Source of the DNA: an uncultured Armatimonadetes bacterium
Lineage (GTDB): Bacteria; Armatimonadota; UBA5829; DTJY01
DNA: 64,000 nucleotides
Reading direction: 5' to 3'
Assembly (NCBI GenBank): GCA_963717145.1
Contig: OY970325.1
Span: 864,001 to 928,000, forward strand
The stretch's first letter is position 1. Every line of letters begins with the position of its first letter. The notes under the pieces are model-generated. The model made no database searches. It saw only the letters and a list, made by a program, of their open reading frames with translations, and was not told the DNA's origin. Below, piece after piece: positions 9,893-19,513 of this stretch. Made by a program: the position numbers and the translations under genes.

Positions 9893-12622
9893 CTACCTGA
9901 TCGTCAGGGTGAGTCCGCTGACGTAGGTTTGCACCCAGTATCCGTGCCATGGTTGGAGGGTCTCCCACGAAGCGAAGTCCTCGGGCAGACCGAAATCCAC
10001 AAGGCTCTGAGTCGACGCATCCCACCAGTAACCGCTCGAGTTGAGCCAGCCATTCGTGTGGGATGCGTCAAGGATCGATGCAGTGTCAGCCCCATGCCTG
10101 ACGGTGGTACTCGGCCACTGCTTTTCCACAGGGAACGGGCAGCCGATGATCGCCCAGCCGGCAGTCGGTAGACTGATGTCGTGGGTCGTAGCGCTGCTCG
10201 GGATGCCTTGATATGAGATCGTGCCTGGCGAGAACGAATCGAGCCAGTAGCCGTTCTCGAGGTTCATCTCGCCGAACTGCTCCGGTCCCCATGAGTCGTA
10301 GATGAAGAGGCTCTGCGTCGGGTTGTCCCACCTGTAGAGCCGACCGTCGATATCTATCCCGTTGAAGACCACTGCAGGGTCGGGGTCCGCGGGCTGAACG
10401 GGGAGGCTGAGCAGGCTCCAACCGTTGACCACCACGCCCGCGGGTGAAGTGACGGTTACCGGCAGACCGAGTTCCACGTCTCTCCGATCCACCTGACCGG
10501 TGGTGAGGACCACGCCGGAGATGGTCTGGGGTGCGAAGCCCGACTTGGTCACAGTGATGCTGTACGTTCCCGGCGGAAGATCGAGGAACCCATAGGTGCC
10601 GGTAGCGTCGGTCACGGTGTTCTGGGTAACAGGTCCGCTGACACTGACGGCCGCTTTGTAGATCCAGTCGCTGTAGACCGGATCGGTCGGGTGCGACGCA
10701 TCCGTCACTGTGCCGAAGATGATGCCGGTAGTGGGTGCGCTCTTCCATGGCATATCCGGGACCGGCACGGGGGCGGTGTAGATGTTCTCGCCGATTGCGT
10801 TGTAGAACTCGGAGTCCGGCAGTGCAGCATTGTTGGTGGCCGTGTAGCTGAATGTCGAGATGCCGTCTGCGCCTTCGCCGATCGCCGCATAGATCTGCCC
10901 GATGCTGTTGGTGATCGTATTCCTGTAAGGCGACATGCCGATGTAGGCATGCCTGCCGTATCGGTTGTCAGTGGTGAACTGCGCCCAGTCGCGGAAGGAC
11001 TTCGCGTCTGCGGCGACCGAGTCATCCCTGTAGTCCATCGGGATCGATGCATCGAGGATGTGGGCTTCCATCCACTTCGGCCAGTCTTGGAGAACGGAGG
11101 TGTAAGGTCCCGTGCCGGAGAAACCCGCGTCTATGCTTCCGTAAGATTGGGTGTCGGCGGTCATCTTCACGCGCGGCTTGATTGCCATCACTTCGAGATA
11201 GCACTTCTTCACGAGGTCGGTTACCTGTTGCCGGCGGTAGTCGCACCATATGTCCCAGCCCGCCTCGCTGCTGGAGATCGGCGGCCAGAAACCGTATTCG
11301 TCGAAGAAGCGCTGTCTGGTGATCTCGTTGTAGCCCCATGTGGCGCCCTGATAGCGGATGTAATCCCAGTTGATGCCATCGACCTCGTACTTGCTGACGA
11401 TGTCGAGCACGATCTTGCAGATGTAGTCTTGCACGCCGGGAACTCCCTGATCGAGGAGGTAGAAGTTGTTGTTGAGCAGTTCGCCGGTATTGTCCTTCGT
11501 GAGCCACTCAGGATGCTCATGGAACACGGGTGGAGCGTTGGTGGCGGTACTGTTCGCGATCCGATATGCGACGAGCCACGCGTGGACTTCCATGCCCACG
11601 GCGTGACCCTTCGCGATCATGTCGGCAAGCGGATCGAAGGGCAGCGGATCGGTGATCTCGGTCGCTCGGCTCTCGTAGGCGGAGTCATAGAACGCATCGC
11701 CGTTCTTGCGCACCTCCGGGATCACCACGTTGTAGTTGGCTTGATGAAGCGTGTCAATCATTGTGGTGACTTCAGCGGCGCTACGGAAACCGTCATCCCA
11801 GCCCGTTGCCCATGCCGCGCGGAAGCTTGGCGTCTGTGGTATCTCGCTCGAGGTCGCGAAGGTGGAGTCGCCTGAGACCGCGGCATTGCCGTATAGATCG
11901 TCGGATTTCACCCTGAAGTGGTACGCTGCCGGTAAGGAGAGCCCGGTGATGGTCACCGAGTGGTTCAGGACCAGCGAGGCATAGGCGATCGACTGCGTTC
12001 CGTATGAAGCGCTCGTTCCATACTCCACCTGTGAGGTTGCCGGCTCATCGGTGGTCCAGGAGATCACCGCACTCGTTGGCGCCGGAGTTGCCGTGACCGC
12101 GGATATCCCCGGCGGAGTGGTGTCCGGATCTGCGGAAGCCGTTGGAGAATAGAAGCGCACGGCATCGGCCATCACATACTTGGTGGTCTCGGAACCGACG
12201 TTCGTGATACGCACCGAGTTTCCCAGGCCGGATTGCATCGCGTACGTCCCGATGTGGAACCACTGTCGGCCGTTCACCTGCTGGTTTATGTAGACTGTGT
12301 TGTCTCCTGAGGCCGTGTGAACGACGAATTGGGCCTGCGTCGGCCGGTTCGTCCCCGCCGGATACCAGGTGTACACCGCCCAATCGCCGGATCCGCAGGG
12401 GATGCTCGGCAGGTACGTGGCGCTGTTCGTGCCGGAAGGATTCTGGGGGCAATAGTAGTAGTCTGCGCCGTATCTGGTCGTCGTGACCGTACCGGTGGTC
12501 CAGGAGCCGACCAGCGCCGCGTTCGGGTTATCTATGATGATGTCGGCTGCGCCGAAGGCGCCCGGCGCGGTGCAAAGCAGTATGACCAATACCCACGCGA
12601 GATACGTTCGCATATCAATCAT
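9893..12622 (-). CDS. Secreted GHL10-like (family 10-like) glycoside hydrolase: golvesin-like N-domain, Fn3, TIM barrel, carboxypeptidase-regulatory-like domain and Trp-rich C-terminal domain
   Basis: Signal peptide; IIIDN..VMADAVRF; VEYGT Fn3; FRAAW, FDPLADMI..H..GMEVHAW, DGINWDYIRY. Confidence 0.82.
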   Translation of the reverse strand: MIDMRTYLAWVLVILLCTAPGAFGAADIIIDNPNAALVGSWTTGTVTTTRYGADYYYCPQNPSGTNSATYLPSIPCGSGDWAVYTWYPAGTNRPTQAQFVVHTASGDNTVYINQQVNGRQWFHIGTYAMQSGLGNSVRITNVGSETTKYVMADAVRFYSPTASADPDTTPPGISAVTATPAPTSAVISWTTDEPATSQVEYGTSASYGTQSIAYASLVLNHSVTITGLSLPAAYHFRVKSDDLYGNAAVSGDSTFATSSEIPQTPSFRAAWATGWDDGFRSAAEVTTMIDTLHQANYNVVIPEVRKNGDAFYDSAYESRATEITDPLPFDPLADMIAKGHAVGMEVHAWLVAYRIANSTATNAPPVFHEHPEWLTKDNTGELLNNNFYLLDQGVPGVQDYICKIVLDIVSKYEVDGINWDYIRYQGATWGYNEITRQRFFDEYGFWPPISSSEAGWDIWCDYRRQQVTDLVKKCYLEVMAIKPRVKMTADTQSYGSIDAGFSGTGPYTSVLQDWPKWMEAHILDASIPMDYRDDSVAADAKSFRDWAQFTTDNRYGRHAYIGMSPYRNTITNSIGQIYAAIGEGADGISTFSYTATNNAALPDSEFYNAIGENIYTAPVPVPDMPWKSAPTTGIIFGTVTDASHPTDPVYSDWIYKAAVSVSGPVTQNTVTDATGTYGFLDLPPGTYSITVTKSGFAPQTISGVVLTTGQVDRRDVELGLPVTVTSPAGVVVNGWSLLSLPVQPADPDPAVVFNGIDIDGRLYRWDNPTQSLFIYDSWGPEQFGEMNLENGYWLDSFSPGTISYQGIPSSATTHDISLPTAGWAIIGCPFPVEKQWPSTTVRHGADTASILDASHTNGWLNSSGYWWDASTQSLVDFGLPEDFASWETLQPWHGYWVQTYVSGLTLTIR

Positions 12623-13486
12623 CCCATCCTGCTATCGCAACGTCAGTGTGATTCCGGCCACGTATGTCTGCACCCAGTATCCGTGCCATGGCTGGAGAGT
12701 CTCCCACGAAGCGAAGTCCTCGGGCAGACCGAAATCCACAAGGCTCTGAGTCGACGCATCCCACCAGTAACCGCTCGAGTTGAGCCAGCCATTGGTGTGG
12801 GACGCATCGAGAATCGATGCCGTGTTTGCGTCATGCTTGACGGTCGTGCTCGGCCACTGCTTTTCCACAGGGAACGGGCAGCCGATGATCGCCCAACCGG
12901 CAGTCGGAAGGCTGATGTCGTGGGTCGTTGCGCTGCTGGAGATGCCTTGATATGAGATCGTTACCGCCGAGGACGAATCGAGCCAACAGCCGTTCTCGAG
13001 GTTCATCTCGCCGAACTGCTCCGGTCCCCATGAGTCGTAGATGAAGAGGCTCTGCGTCGGGTTGTCCCACCTGTAGAGCCGACCGTCGATATCTATCCCG
13101 TTGAAGACCACTGCAGGGTCGGGGTCCGCGGGCTGAACGGGGAGGCTGAGCAGGCTCCAACCGTTGACCACCACGCCCGCGGGTGAAGTGACGGTTACCG
13201 GCAGACCGAGTTCCACGTCTCTCCGATCCACCTGACCGGTGGTGAGGACCACGCCGGAGATGGTCTGGGGTGCGAAGCCCGACTTGGTCACAGTGATGCT
13301 GTACGTTCCCGGCGGAAGATCGAGGAACCCATAGGTGCCGGTAGCGTCGGTCACGGTGTTCTGGGTAACAGGTCCGCTGACACTGACGGCCGCTTTGTAG
13401 ATCCAGTCGCTGTAGACCGGATCGGTCGGGTGCGACGCATCCGTCACTGTGCCGAAGATGATGCCGGTAGTGGGTGCGCTCTTCCA
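10249..13486. repeat. 499-bp identical direct repeat (10249-10747 = 12988-13486) within a larger near-identical 3' duplication of the two GHL10 genes
   Basis: Line-by-line comparison at offset 2739 found no mismatch in the block. The flanking 3' ~350 bp differ mostly at synonymous sites. Confidence 0.9.
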
Positions 13487-15634
13487 GGGCATGTCCGGAG
13501 TAGGTACCTGAGTCGTGAACAGGTTTGTCTCGATCGCGCTGAAGAAGTTCGCAGCCGGCTCGCCATCCTTGTTCGTCACGGCGTAGCTGTAGTTCGTGAT
13601 TCCCAGGCCGGCCTCCCGGGCCACCTGCATCTGGTGAATGCTGTTCGTGACGGAGTTGAGGTAGTTGGCCTGTCCCTCCACACCCATTCTACCGGTATCT
13701 TCCTGCTGAATTGCCAACCAGTCCGTCCACAGATCGTAGTCCATTGCCTGCGCCGTATCGTGTTCGCGCTTGTAGTTCATCAGCCTGTTGGTGTCCACAA
13801 TGTGCTCTAGCATCCATGTCCTGACATCCTGGAAGACCTCGCTGTATTGCTGAGTGGACTCGTAGTCCGTATGAGGGTCTGCGCCCATCCAGGCCACCGA
13901 GTCGACGGCCACATTGATGTGAGGCTTGACGGCCATTATGTTGAGATAGCACTTCTTCACCAGATCGGTGACCTGCTGTCGTCGGTAATCGCACCAGTCC
14001 CCCCAGTTGGGATCGGATGAAGATGTTGGCGGCCAGAAGCCATACTCGTCGAGGAAGCGCTGTTTGGTGATGGGGTTGTAGCCCCAATTGGCCCCGGGAT
14101 AGCGGATGTAGTCGAACTCGAATCCGTCGATGTCGTATCTGCCGACGATGTCCATCACTACCTTGCAGATGTAGTCCTGTGCGCCGGGAACGCCGGGATC
14201 GAGGTTGTAGTAGCCGCTCTCCGAGTTGGCGCCCGAACTGCTGATCAAGGCCCAGTCGGGGTGCAGAGCCCAGATATGGTTCGCGGGCGCGGCCCCCCAT
14301 GAGGAGTTCCAGATGCGGTAGGTGACGATCCAAGGGTGGACCTCCACTCCGGCGGCATGCGCCTTGGTGATCAGGTCTGCAAGCGGGTCGAACGTCGAGC
14401 CGACGATGTTCGTCGCCCTCGGTTCATAGGGCGAGTTGTAGTAGGCGTCACCGCACTTCCGGACCTCCGGGATGATCGCGTTGTAGTTGGCTCCACCGAC
14501 CGTGTTCACCAGAGTCGTGACCTGAGCCGCGCTGAGGATGCCCTGATGCCACGTGTCGACCCAGATCCCTCTGAACTCCCCTGAGATCGGCGCCGTCGTA
14601 GCGAATGTATAGTCTTCGGACACGGCCAAGTTGCCGATAGCGTCCTCGGACTTGACTCGGTAATGGTAAGTCGCCAATGGCGAGAGACCCGGAACCGTTA
14701 CGCTATGGCCTTGAACCGGTGCCGAGACCTTCGGAGTCTCGCTGCCGTAGGACACAGTCAGGCCGTATTCCACCTGCGAGGTCGTCGGCTCATTGGTGAT
14801 CCATGAGACCGCCGCCGAGTTGGATGCCGGGACCGCTGAAACCTGAGAGATCACCGGCGGTTCGCTGGCCGTGGTGGTCAATGTCAGGTCGTCGGATACC
14901 CCCAGGTTTCCCGCCGCGTCCATCGACCGTACTCGGTAGTGATAAAGAGTCTGCGGCGAAAGGCCCGATAGGTTGACGGTGTGGCTCAAAGTGAGCGAGA
15001 CGTCCAGGTTCGTCTGGTTCCCGTACGATGAGGTCAGGCCGTACTCGACTTGGGATGTCGACAGCTCGTTTGTGGTCCATGTGATCGTCGCGGTGGTCTC
15101 TCCCGGCGATGCGGTTACGCCGGGTGCTATTGCCGGCGGATCGGTGTCGCCGCCGCCCGCCTCGGAATAGAATCTGATGCCGTCTGCCATGACGACCTTA
15201 GTCGTGTCCGTGCCGTAGTTGGTGATCCTCACGTAGCCATTGATTCCCGCGGTGAAGGAATACGTGCCGAGGAGATTCCACTTCCCGCCGTTTGTCTGCT
15301 GGTTCACATAGAGCGTGCTATCGCCGGTGGATGCATGAACGATGTACTGCGCGTTGATCGGCCTGCCCGAGCCCTGAGGGTACCACGTGTAAATACCCCA
15401 GATCCCATCAGTCGGAATGCTCGGTGTGTACGTGGCCGACTTGCCGGATGTCGTGTTCTGACCTGCGAACCGGTAGTCCGAGCCGTACTTGTCCGAAGAC
15501 GACGTGCCCGTCTGCCAACTTCCGACGAACGCCGCGTCGGGATTGTCGATGATGATCTCGGTGGCTGCCATGACGCTCGCCCTGAGCACCACGAAGGCAA
15601 GAACGACAACCAGGAGAACGAGGAACCTACACAT
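12632..15634 (-). CDS. Secreted GHL10-like glycoside hydrolase paralogue with two Fn3 domains
   Basis: Same architecture as 9893..12622; EFRGIW, GVEVHPW, DGFEFDYIRY. Confidence 0.82.
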   Translation of the reverse strand: MCRFLVLLVVVLAFVVLRASVMAATEIIIDNPDAAFVGSWQTGTSSSDKYGSDYRFAGQNTTSGKSATYTPSIPTDGIWGIYTWYPQGSGRPINAQYIVHASTGDSTLYVNQQTNGGKWNLLGTYSFTAGINGYVRITNYGTDTTKVVMADGIRFYSEAGGGDTDPPAIAPGVTASPGETTATITWTTNELSTSQVEYGLTSSYGNQTNLDVSLTLSHTVNLSGLSPQTLYHYRVRSMDAAGNLGVSDDLTLTTTASEPPVISQVSAVPASNSAAVSWITNEPTTSQVEYGLTVSYGSETPKVSAPVQGHSVTVPGLSPLATYHYRVKSEDAIGNLAVSEDYTFATTAPISGEFRGIWVDTWHQGILSAAQVTTLVNTVGGANYNAIIPEVRKCGDAYYNSPYEPRATNIVGSTFDPLADLITKAHAAGVEVHPWIVTYRIWNSSWGAAPANHIWALHPDWALISSSGANSESGYYNLDPGVPGAQDYICKVVMDIVGRYDIDGFEFDYIRYPGANWGYNPITKQRFLDEYGFWPPTSSSDPNWGDWCDYRRQQVTDLVKKCYLNIMAVKPHINVAVDSVAWMGADPHTDYESTQQYSEVFQDVRTWMLEHIVDTNRLMNYKREHDTAQAMDYDLWTDWLAIQQEDTGRMGVEGQANYLNSVTNSIHQMQVAREAGLGITNYSYAVTNKDGEPAANFFSAIETNLFTTQVPTPDMPWKSAPTTGIIFGTVTDASHPTDPVYSDWIYKAAVSVSGPVTQNTVTDATGTYGFLDLPPGTYSITVTKSGFAPQTISGVVLTTGQVDRRDVELGLPVTVTSPAGVVVNGWSLLSLPVQPADPDPAVVFNGIDIDGRLYRWDNPTQSLFIYDSWGPEQFGEMNLENGCWLDSSSAVTISYQGISSSATTHDISLPTAGWAIIGCPFPVEKQWPSTTVKHDANTASILDASHTNGWLNSSGYWWDASTQSLVDFGLPEDFASWETLQPWHGYWVQTYVAGITLTLR

Positions 15635-15847
15635 TTCGGGCGACCTTTCCTTGCACGACCACGATCGGAGAAGCAGGGGTTACCTCATGGTAGCACCCGA
15701 TCAGCCTACGGTCAAGCAAAACTCCTCAAAACCGGTAATAATACCAGGTCCCTCGCGCGGGGCGTGCAATGGAGGATATGCACCCATGCTTTCCATAACA
15801 TTACTTGAGATGCCCCCACCATCCCGTTAAGAACAGGAGAACCCGTC

Positions 15848-18800
15848 TTGGACACGCGAAACCTTGCGATGATCACCGTTCTGCTCTGCGCCGGTCTGAT
15901 ACTCTCATCGGCTCGCGGATCGGAATCGAAGCCACTCGCCCAGCATCTGATGACCGAGTACCTGGCGAACCCACTCGGCATCGACACTCCGGAGCCGCGC
16001 GTCTCGTGGTTCTTCGTACAGGACGGACATAACCGCCGACAGACCGCCTATCAGGTGCAGGTGGGCAAGTCCCCTGGCAAGATGGGCCTGTGGGACAGCG
16101 GAAAGGTCATGTCGTCGGGGATGAGCGCGCCTCTGACAGGCATCAAGCTGACAAGCGGTACTCGATACTTCTGGCGCGTGAAAGTCTGGGACGCGGATGG
16201 GATCGAGGGCGACTGGTCCGAGCCGGCCTGGTTCGAGATGGCTCTCCTCAATCCGTCGGAATGGCATGGCGAGTGGATCGGGGGCCGGCTCGGCGGCAAT
16301 GGGTACCATTCGGCGATCGCGACGAAATCGGACGAGGCAAAGTGGGTGCAGATCGATCTCGGACAGGAGCGCTCGATCTCGAAGGTCAGCCTCCATCCTG
16401 CGAGGCCCTACAACTGGCATGCGGATGCGCCCGGTTTCGGCTTCCCGGTCCGCTACAGGATCGAGGCATCGGCGAACGCCGACCTGAGGGATGCCGTCAT
16501 GCTGGCCGATAAGACGGATGCCGATCAGCCGAACCCCGGCGAAGGAGTCGTCACCCTCGAGTTCCCTGAGGTCAAGGCGCGGTACGTTCGTCTGACCGCC
16601 ACTCAGCTCTATCTGCGCATGGATGCCCAGTTCGTCTTCGCGCTCGCTGAGATGCGTGTTACCGATCCCGCGGGCAACAATGTCGCGGCTGACAGCCGGG
16701 TGACGGCGCTCGATGCCATCGAGGACAACGGCTGGAAGAACACTCAGCTCACGGACGGCCAGCTTCACTCGAAGCCGCTCATGACCGCCGCCCCGATGCT
16801 TCGGCGGGAGTTCGAGATCGACAAGCCGATCGAGCGGGCGCGGGCATACGTCGCCGGCCTCGGGTACTGCGAGCTTCACCTGAACGGGCAGAAGGTCGGC
16901 GACCACGTGCTCGATCCGGCGTACACTTCATTCGGCAAGCGCGTGCTCTACAGCACCTACGATGTCACCGACATGCTCAGGGACGGTCGGAATGCGGTCG
17001 GCATGATCCTCGGCAGGGGATGGTATCCGGAGTCGCCACGCGTTGTTCTTCAACTGAACATAGAGTTCACGGACGGGACACGGACCAGCATCACGACAGA
17101 CTCCTCCTGGAAATGGAGCGAGGGCCCGATCCGCGAGAACTCCATCTACCATGGCGAGACCTACGATGCCCGACTCGAGGCGCAGGGATGGGACTCATCC
17201 GGCTTCGATGACGCGACGTGGGAGGCCGTTGTGCCGGTCGCGAGTCCGACGCAGAGTCTGTCCGCGCAGATGATCCAGCCGATTCGGGTTGTTGGGGGCA
17301 TGAAGCCTAAGAGCGTTTCCAGCCCGAAGGAAGGCATCTGGGTTTACGACTTCGGCCAGAACTTCTCCGGATGGTGCAGGCTGAAGGTCAAGGGGGCCGA
17401 GGGCACGGAGGTGATCCTCAAGCATGCCGAGCTTCTCAATGAAGACGGCACGGTGAACCAGGCGAACCTCCGGAGCGCCCGGGCGACCGACAAGTACATT
17501 CTGAAGGGGCAGGGGACGGAGACCTACGCGCCGCGCTTCACGTACCACGGCTTCCGATACGTCCAGATCGAAGGCTTCCCCGGCAAGCCGGACCTCGGGA
17601 CGATCGAGGGCCGGGTCGTCCACACGAGCTTCGATTCGGAGGGCAGCTTTGCGTGCTCCAACCCGCTGATCAACCAGATCCACAGCAACTCGCGCTGGGG
17701 ATACCGTACGAACTGGCACAGCATCCCGACCGACTGCCCGCAGCGCGACGAGCGCCAGGGCTGGATGGCTGACGGCCACATGACCGCCGACATGGGCCTC
17801 TACAACTTCGATGTCGCCGCCGCGTACACTAAGTGGCTGCAGGACATGCAGGACGCTCAGGGCGATGACGGCCGCGTGCCGGACACCGTGCCGCATGTCT
17901 GGGGCTCGAATCCCGGCGATCCGATGTGGGCGGCGGCATACCATTTCGTCACCTGGGACATGTATCGACACACCGGCGACAAGGCGCTTCTGGCCAAGCA
18001 CTTCGACGGCCTCAAGCGCTACGTCGATATGCTCGAACGCGAGGCGGGCGAGGGGTGCATCATCAGCCGCAACAACTACGGCGACTGGGTCGGTGTCGTC
18101 GGCACTCCGGCCGATCTGATCTCGACCGGCGGCTTCTACCGCTGCTCGTGGCTGACTGCCCGTATGGCCGACATCCTCGACAGGCAGGACGACGTGCGGA
18201 AGTACAATATCCTCTGCTCCAGGATCGCCGACGCTTTTAACGCGAAGTTCTTCAACACGGAGACGAACAACTACGGGAACGGCAGCCAGTACTCGAATGC
18301 CTGGCCACTGTACCTCGGCATCGTTCCCGCGGACCGGCATGCGGTGGTCGTCCAGAATCTGATCAACAACATCCAAGTGAGCCACAAGGGCCACCTGAGC
18401 ACCGGATTCCTCGGCGCGCGATACCTGTTGGAGGTCCTCTGCCAGGAGGGACACGCCGATGTGGCCTACACGATCGTCACGCAGAAGGACTATCCAGGCT
18501 GGGGCTATATGATCGCGAACGGCGCGACGACCATCTGGGAGCTGTGGAGACTCGAGACCGGCAACGGGATGAACTCCCACGACCACCCGGCGTTCGGCTT
18601 CGTCGATGGATGGTTCTACCGGGCGCTGGCGGGCATCAACTCCGAAGTCGGATTCGAGCGGTTCGACATCAAGCCATTCGTCGTCGGCGACCTGAACGAG
18701 GCACGGGCGGAGATCACGACCGTCCGCGGGCCGGTGGCCTCCCACTGGAAGCGCTCGAAGGACGGCCTGACGCTCGATGTCACGATCCCGGCGAACTCCC

Positions 18801-18985
18801 GCGCGTCCGTCTGGGTTCCGAAGGTCGGGGTCGCGGATCCCGAGGTGCGGATCGGCACGACGCCCGTCTGGCGGAATGGCAAGCTCGTCCCCGGCACAGC
18901 GGGCATCCACTCGGCGTCCGACGTGGGCGACTGGGTCAAGGTCGAAGTCGGCTCGGGGGAATACAGCTTTGCCGTAGCAAGATAG
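15848..18985 (+). CDS. GH78 alpha-L-rhamnosidase with inserted discoidin (F5/8 type C) domain
   Basis: PLGID..PRVSW, DFGQNFSGW, FTYHGFRYVQI, SIPTDCPQRDERQGWMAD, GATTIWELW, MNSHDHP; WVQIDLG..ARYVRL. Confidence 0.93.
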   Translation: MDTRNLAMITVLLCAGLILSSARGSESKPLAQHLMTEYLANPLGIDTPEPRVSWFFVQDGHNRRQTAYQVQVGKSPGKMGLWDSGKVMSSGMSAPLTGIKLTSGTRYFWRVKVWDADGIEGDWSEPAWFEMALLNPSEWHGEWIGGRLGGNGYHSAIATKSDEAKWVQIDLGQERSISKVSLHPARPYNWHADAPGFGFPVRYRIEASANADLRDAVMLADKTDADQPNPGEGVVTLEFPEVKARYVRLTATQLYLRMDAQFVFALAEMRVTDPAGNNVAADSRVTALDAIEDNGWKNTQLTDGQLHSKPLMTAAPMLRREFEIDKPIERARAYVAGLGYCELHLNGQKVGDHVLDPAYTSFGKRVLYSTYDVTDMLRDGRNAVGMILGRGWYPESPRVVLQLNIEFTDGTRTSITTDSSWKWSEGPIRENSIYHGETYDARLEAQGWDSSGFDDATWEAVVPVASPTQSLSAQMIQPIRVVGGMKPKSVSSPKEGIWVYDFGQNFSGWCRLKVKGAEGTEVILKHAELLNEDGTVNQANLRSARATDKYILKGQGTETYAPRFTYHGFRYVQIEGFPGKPDLGTIEGRVVHTSFDSEGSFACSNPLINQIHSNSRWGYRTNWHSIPTDCPQRDERQGWMADGHMTADMGLYNFDVAAAYTKWLQDMQDAQGDDGRVPDTVPHVWGSNPGDPMWAAAYHFVTWDMYRHTGDKALLAKHFDGLKRYVDMLEREAGEGCIISRNNYGDWVGVVGTPADLISTGGFYRCSWLTARMADILDRQDDVRKYNILCSRIADAFNAKFFNTETNNYGNGSQYSNAWPLYLGIVPADRHAVVVQNLINNIQVSHKGHLSTGFLGARYLLEVLCQEGHADVAYTIVTQKDYPGWGYMIANGATTIWELWRLETGNGMNSHDHPAFGFVDGWFYRALAGINSEVGFERFDIKPFVVGDLNEARAEITTVRGPVASHWKRSKDGLTLDVTIPANSRASVWVPKVGVADPEVRIGTTPVWRNGKLVPGTAGIHSASDVGDWVKVEVGSGEYSFAVAR

Positions 18986-19036
18986 GTAGCCTAGCCCCTT
19001 GTGGGCGTTCGGTCGTAGCGTCAGGAGGATGAACTG

Positions 19037-19498
19037 ATGGAACAAGTGCAGTCTCAGGAGTGCCGGCCGGAGATCCCGTCAGGAGTGAAGGTGATCGCAT
19101 GGATCATTCAGGTGTTTGCGGGGCTCAGTCTGTTCATCCTCGAGATACTGACGATCAGGTCGCCCAGCGGTGAGGTGGTGTTCAGCTACCTGGGCCATGA
19201 CTATGCGGTGGCGGCGATACGGCCGGGGGCAGTGGGTATGGAATTGGTCTTCCTCATTCATGGCTTGGTGATCGCCAGCGCGGTATTCACTCTCAAGGGG
19301 CGCATGTGGGCCTACTATATACTCCTCAGTGCCAGTGCGCTGAACGTGCTGACCACCGTACTGGCGACCGTACTGCACCTGGTCGCCCGACGGTTCGATC
19401 CGATGGCTTGGCTGCCATTCGTGGTGCTCTGGGTGCTCCTCAGCGAATTCCGGCCCTACCGTGACTTCGCGCGCTCCCGGTCTGTACAGCGCACTTAG
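19037..19498 (+). CDS. Hypothetical membrane protein (about 4 TM)
   Basis: AGGAGG RBS; four hydrophobic segments; co-directional in an operon. Confidence 0.7.
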   Translation: MEQVQSQECRPEIPSGVKVIAWIIQVFAGLSLFILEILTIRSPSGEVVFSYLGHDYAVAAIRPGAVGMELVFLIHGLVIASAVFTLKGRMWAYYILLSASALNVLTTVLATVLHLVARRFDPMAWLPFVVLWVLLSEFRPYRDFARSRSVQRT

Positions 19499-19513
19499 GA
19501 GAGGATTCGATCG

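Noticed and set aside
9893..13486. Diversity-generating retroelement TR/VR pair (also considered for the FGE/CLec-fold gene at 1578)
   Set aside because: Both copies are coding, the differences are mostly synonymous and not adenine-specific, no reverse transcriptase is present, and the FGE 3' end has no second copy.
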